This document shows, piece after piece, positions 32,789 to 33,085 of a stretch of DNA of 33,085 bases. The stretch is from the IMG/VR virus record IMGVR_UViG_3300016476_000512, positions 1-33,085 of that record. One strand, 5' to 3'. A program made the position numbers and the translations under genes. The first letter of the stretch is position 1. Each line of letters opens with the position of its first letter. Source of the stretch: a virus. Lineage: Duplodnaviria > Caudoviricetes. A model generated the notes under the pieces. The model ran no database searches. It was not told where the DNA came from and saw only the letters and a program-made list of their open reading frames with translations.

Positions 32789-33085
32789 CAATATACCCCC
32801 AGCTCAAGTAATTGAAATTGAGTATCGCCTTTACTACGACGCAAAGGGAAAACCTCTAACAATGAGCAGCCACAATCACCCCGACGGAGACTATATTGTT
32901 ATTACTAAACAACAATATGATTACCCAAATTATAATTGTAGGGTAGTTGGCGGAAAGTTACAGTTTGACTTGGGTGACCAATTTAAAGTACAATTGAAAA
33001 AATCTACTACCGGAGTTCCTGTAGTTGCTGGTCACCCAAATTTGGTAGTAGAAGAAGATTACGCAGATATTGAATATTATGACAG
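32760..33085 (+). CDS. Hypothetical protein, truncated at the right edge (not in the ORF track)
   Basis: An open frame runs from ATG 32760 to the window end: MSKELAEAFNNIPPAQVIEIEYRLYYDAKGKPLTMSSHNHPDGDYIVITKQQYDYPNYNCRVVGGKL...DIEYYD. It overlaps the previous gene by 29 nt, as its neighbours do. Confidence 0.75.
   Translation, partial: MSKELAEAFNNIPPAQVIEIEYRLYYDAKGKPLTMSSHNHPDGDYIVITKQQYDYPNYNCRVVGGKLQFDLGDQFKVQLKKSTTGVPVVAGHPNLVVEEDYADIEYYD

Overview
This window is a 33-kb piece of a large myovirus (contractile-tailed, T4-superfamily/jumbo-phage-like) genome. Almost all of it is one + strand late operon for the baseplate and fibres. In order it encodes a tube-initiator-like protein, a LysM/gp53-like wedge protein, a gp27-like hub, a gp5-like spike with three predicted peptidoglycan-hydrolase domains, gp25, an enlarged gp6, a 4052-aa wedge/adhesion protein, a fibre-attachment protein and two paralogous fibre modules. 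An intrinsic terminator follows, then a separately promoted cluster with two paralogous GT-A glycosyltransferase-like genes. The N-terminus of a GIY-YIG homing endonuclease starts on the - strand at the left edge, and a further ORF runs off the right edge; the ORF track missed both. T4-late-type (A)TAAATA boxes recur upstream of the structural genes. The most unusual element is a cassette at 25364-28232. It is a glycine-rich/PA14-like fibre-tip adhesin fused through Gly8|CF to a Hint domain that cannot splice canonically and to an amphipathic tail (a Hedgehog-like layout). It is coupled to a permuted NlpC/P60 enzyme and a small ORF, and may be a self-processing or conjugation system for a receptor-binding protein. 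All family calls come from motif recognition by eye; no database searches were run.
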